Positions 62,832-64,000 of a stretch of 64,000 bases of DNA are shown piece after piece; within the stretch, counting starts at the first letter, position 1, and each line of letters begins with the position of its first letter. This DNA is from Candidatus Dormiibacterota bacterium (lineage in GTDB: Bacteria; Chloroflexota; Dormibacteria; Aeolococcales; Aeolococcaceae): the NCBI GenBank assembly GCA_963743835.1, contig CAVUQX010000004.1, positions 706,560 to 770,559 of the forward strand, in the 5' to 3' direction. Under the pieces are notes generated by a model that did no database searches, was not told where the DNA came from, and saw nothing but the letters and a program-made list of their open reading frames with translations. Made by a program: the position numbers and the translations under genes.

Positions 62832-64000
62832 ATGCGAATTGCGGTTGTCGGGGGCGGGCCGGGCGGACTTTACTTTGCGGCGCTCACCAAACAGCTCGAC
62901 CCGACCCACGAGGTCACCGTGTGGGAGCGCAACGCCGACGACGACACCTTCGGCTTCGGCGTGGTCTTCTCCGATGAGACGCTCGGCGGTATCGAACACG
63001 CCGACCCGGCGATCCACGAGGCGATGTCTCGTGAGTTCGCACGATGGGACGACATCGACATCCATTACCGGGGAGAGGTGATCACGTCGGGTGGCCACGG
63101 TTTCGCGGCGATGAGCCGCAAGCGGCTGCTCCAGATTCTGCACGCCCGCTGTCGCGAGCTTGGTGTGACGCTGCGCTTCAACACCGAAGCACCGCCCGCC
63201 GGCGAGCTCGCGATGACCCATGACCTGGTGGTAGGCGCAGACGGCGTGAACTCGACGATACGGAGCCGGTACGCGGAAACGTTTCGACCGCACCTCGAGA
63301 TGCGCCGCTGCAAGTTCATGTGGCTTGGGACCGACCTCGTCTTCGATGCGTTCAAGTTCTATATCGTCGAGACGCCGCACGGCATCATGCAGATCCACGG
63401 CTACCCGTACGACGCGACCGGGAGCACCTTCATCGTGGAGATGAACGACACGGTGTGGCGCGGCGCCGGCTTCGAGGCACTTGCCGCGCGCAGGTTCGAT
63501 CCCGGTGAGAGCGATATCGCCGGCATCGCGGAGATACGCCGGCTCTTCGCGCCAATCCTCGACGATCATGCTGTGCACGCGAACAACTCGAGATGGATCA
63601 GCTTCACCACCGTGCGCAACCAGTGCTGGCATCACGCCAACGTCGTGATCCTCGGTGATGCCGCGCACACCGCGCACTTCTCGATCGGATCGGGCACCAA
63701 GCTCGCCATGGAGGACGCGCTCGCACTCGCCGCAGGCCTGCACGAGAACGAGACCGTCGCGGAGGCGCTCGAGGCGTACGAGGTGGAGCGCAAACCGGTG
63801 GTGGTGTCGACTCAGCGGGCTGCGCAGGCGAGCCTCGAATGGTTCGAAAACCTCGGTCAGTACGTCCATCAGGAACCGTTGCAGTTCGCGTTCAACATCT
63901 TGACGCGGAGCCGCCGGGTCACCTACGACAACCTGCGCCTGCGCGACCCGGAATTCGTCGGCGAGGTCGACGCCTGGTTCGCGAGCCGGGTGAACGCACA
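62832..64000 (+). CDS. FAD monooxygenase domain of a salicylyl-CoA 5-hydroxylase / 2-aminobenzoyl-CoA monooxygenase-reductase-like protein (3' partial)
   Basis: It is not in the ORF track because it has no stop inside the window. MRIAVVGGGPGGLYFAALTKQLDPTHEVTVWERNADDDTFGFGVVFSDETL...VVGADGVNSTIR...VVILGDAAHTAHFSIGSGTKLAMEDA (GxGxxG, DG and GD FAD motifs). The frame is open to position 64000. Confidence 0.7.
   Translation, partial: MRIAVVGGGPGGLYFAALTKQLDPTHEVTVWERNADDDTFGFGVVFSDETLGGIEHADPAIHEAMSREFARWDDIDIHYRGEVITSGGHGFAAMSRKRLLQILHARCRELGVTLRFNTEAPPAGELAMTHDLVVGADGVNSTIRSRYAETFRPHLEMRRCKFMWLGTDLVFDAFKFYIVETPHGIMQIHGYPYDATGSTFIVEMNDTVWRGAGFEALAARRFDPGESDIAGIAEIRRLFAPILDDHAVHANNSRWISFTTVRNQCWHHANVVILGDAAHTAHFSIGSGTKLAMEDALALAAGLHENETVAEALEAYEVERKPVVVSTQRAAQASLEWFENLGQYVHQEPLQFAFNILTRSRRVTYDNLRLRDPEFVGEVDAWFASRVNA

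Noticed and set aside
62793-63869. A 358-aa minus-strand ORF.
   Set aside because: It is antisense to an open-ended plus-strand frame that carries GxGxxG, DG and GD FAD motifs and a family-typical N-terminus. The minus-strand translation has no motifs.

Overview
High-GC (roughly two-thirds G+C by eye) bacterial DNA with monoderm-type envelope genes: an LCP ligase, an LPXTG-type sorting signal, a GT39/PMT-like transferase and Tad/Flp pilus parts. It is probably Actinomycetota or a related high-GC lineage, but the taxon cannot be fixed from sequence alone. Positions 1-35.6 kb form a cell-surface/glycan island. It holds a kinase-like membrane protein with an Ig-like ectodomain, a ~1600-aa secreted protein built from near-identical tandem Ig-like modules, two secreted right-handed beta-helix proteins and a secreted phosphoesterase. 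It also holds a ~12-kb minus-strand operon (GT2-GT4 fusion, GT2, GT4, sulfotransferase, Wzx-like flippase, GT-C-like/TPR membrane giant, sulfotransferase), a cysQ + MacAB-like ABC exporter operon, and two surface proteins with C-terminal sorting signals. In total there are SIX paralogous PAPS-type sulfotransferases in two clades. This is my main candidate for an undescribed system: a multiply sulfated envelope glycan or glycoconjugate pathway. Positions 35.9-64 kb are more ordinary: satP-acs, three TadE/TadG-like pseudopilins, GT39, a beta-propeller + LCP pair, a TMEM175-like channel, an HtrA-like protease, a GGDEF-EAL protein, an aldo-keto reductase, an MFS exporter, an Flp pilin behind a two-component system, a GNAT, and an aromatic acyl-CoA catabolic cluster that runs off the window end. 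At least nine genes are broken by single-base indels at short homopolymers. This looks like assembly error rather than gene decay, so I merged ORF-track fragments where the junction could be read. Two non-coding repeat structures are unexplained: nested inverted repeats at 48.47-49.04 kb, and about 4.5 copies of a 49-bp hairpin repeat at 51.88-52.12 kb. I recognised no rRNA, tRNA, CRISPR array, transposase or integrase.
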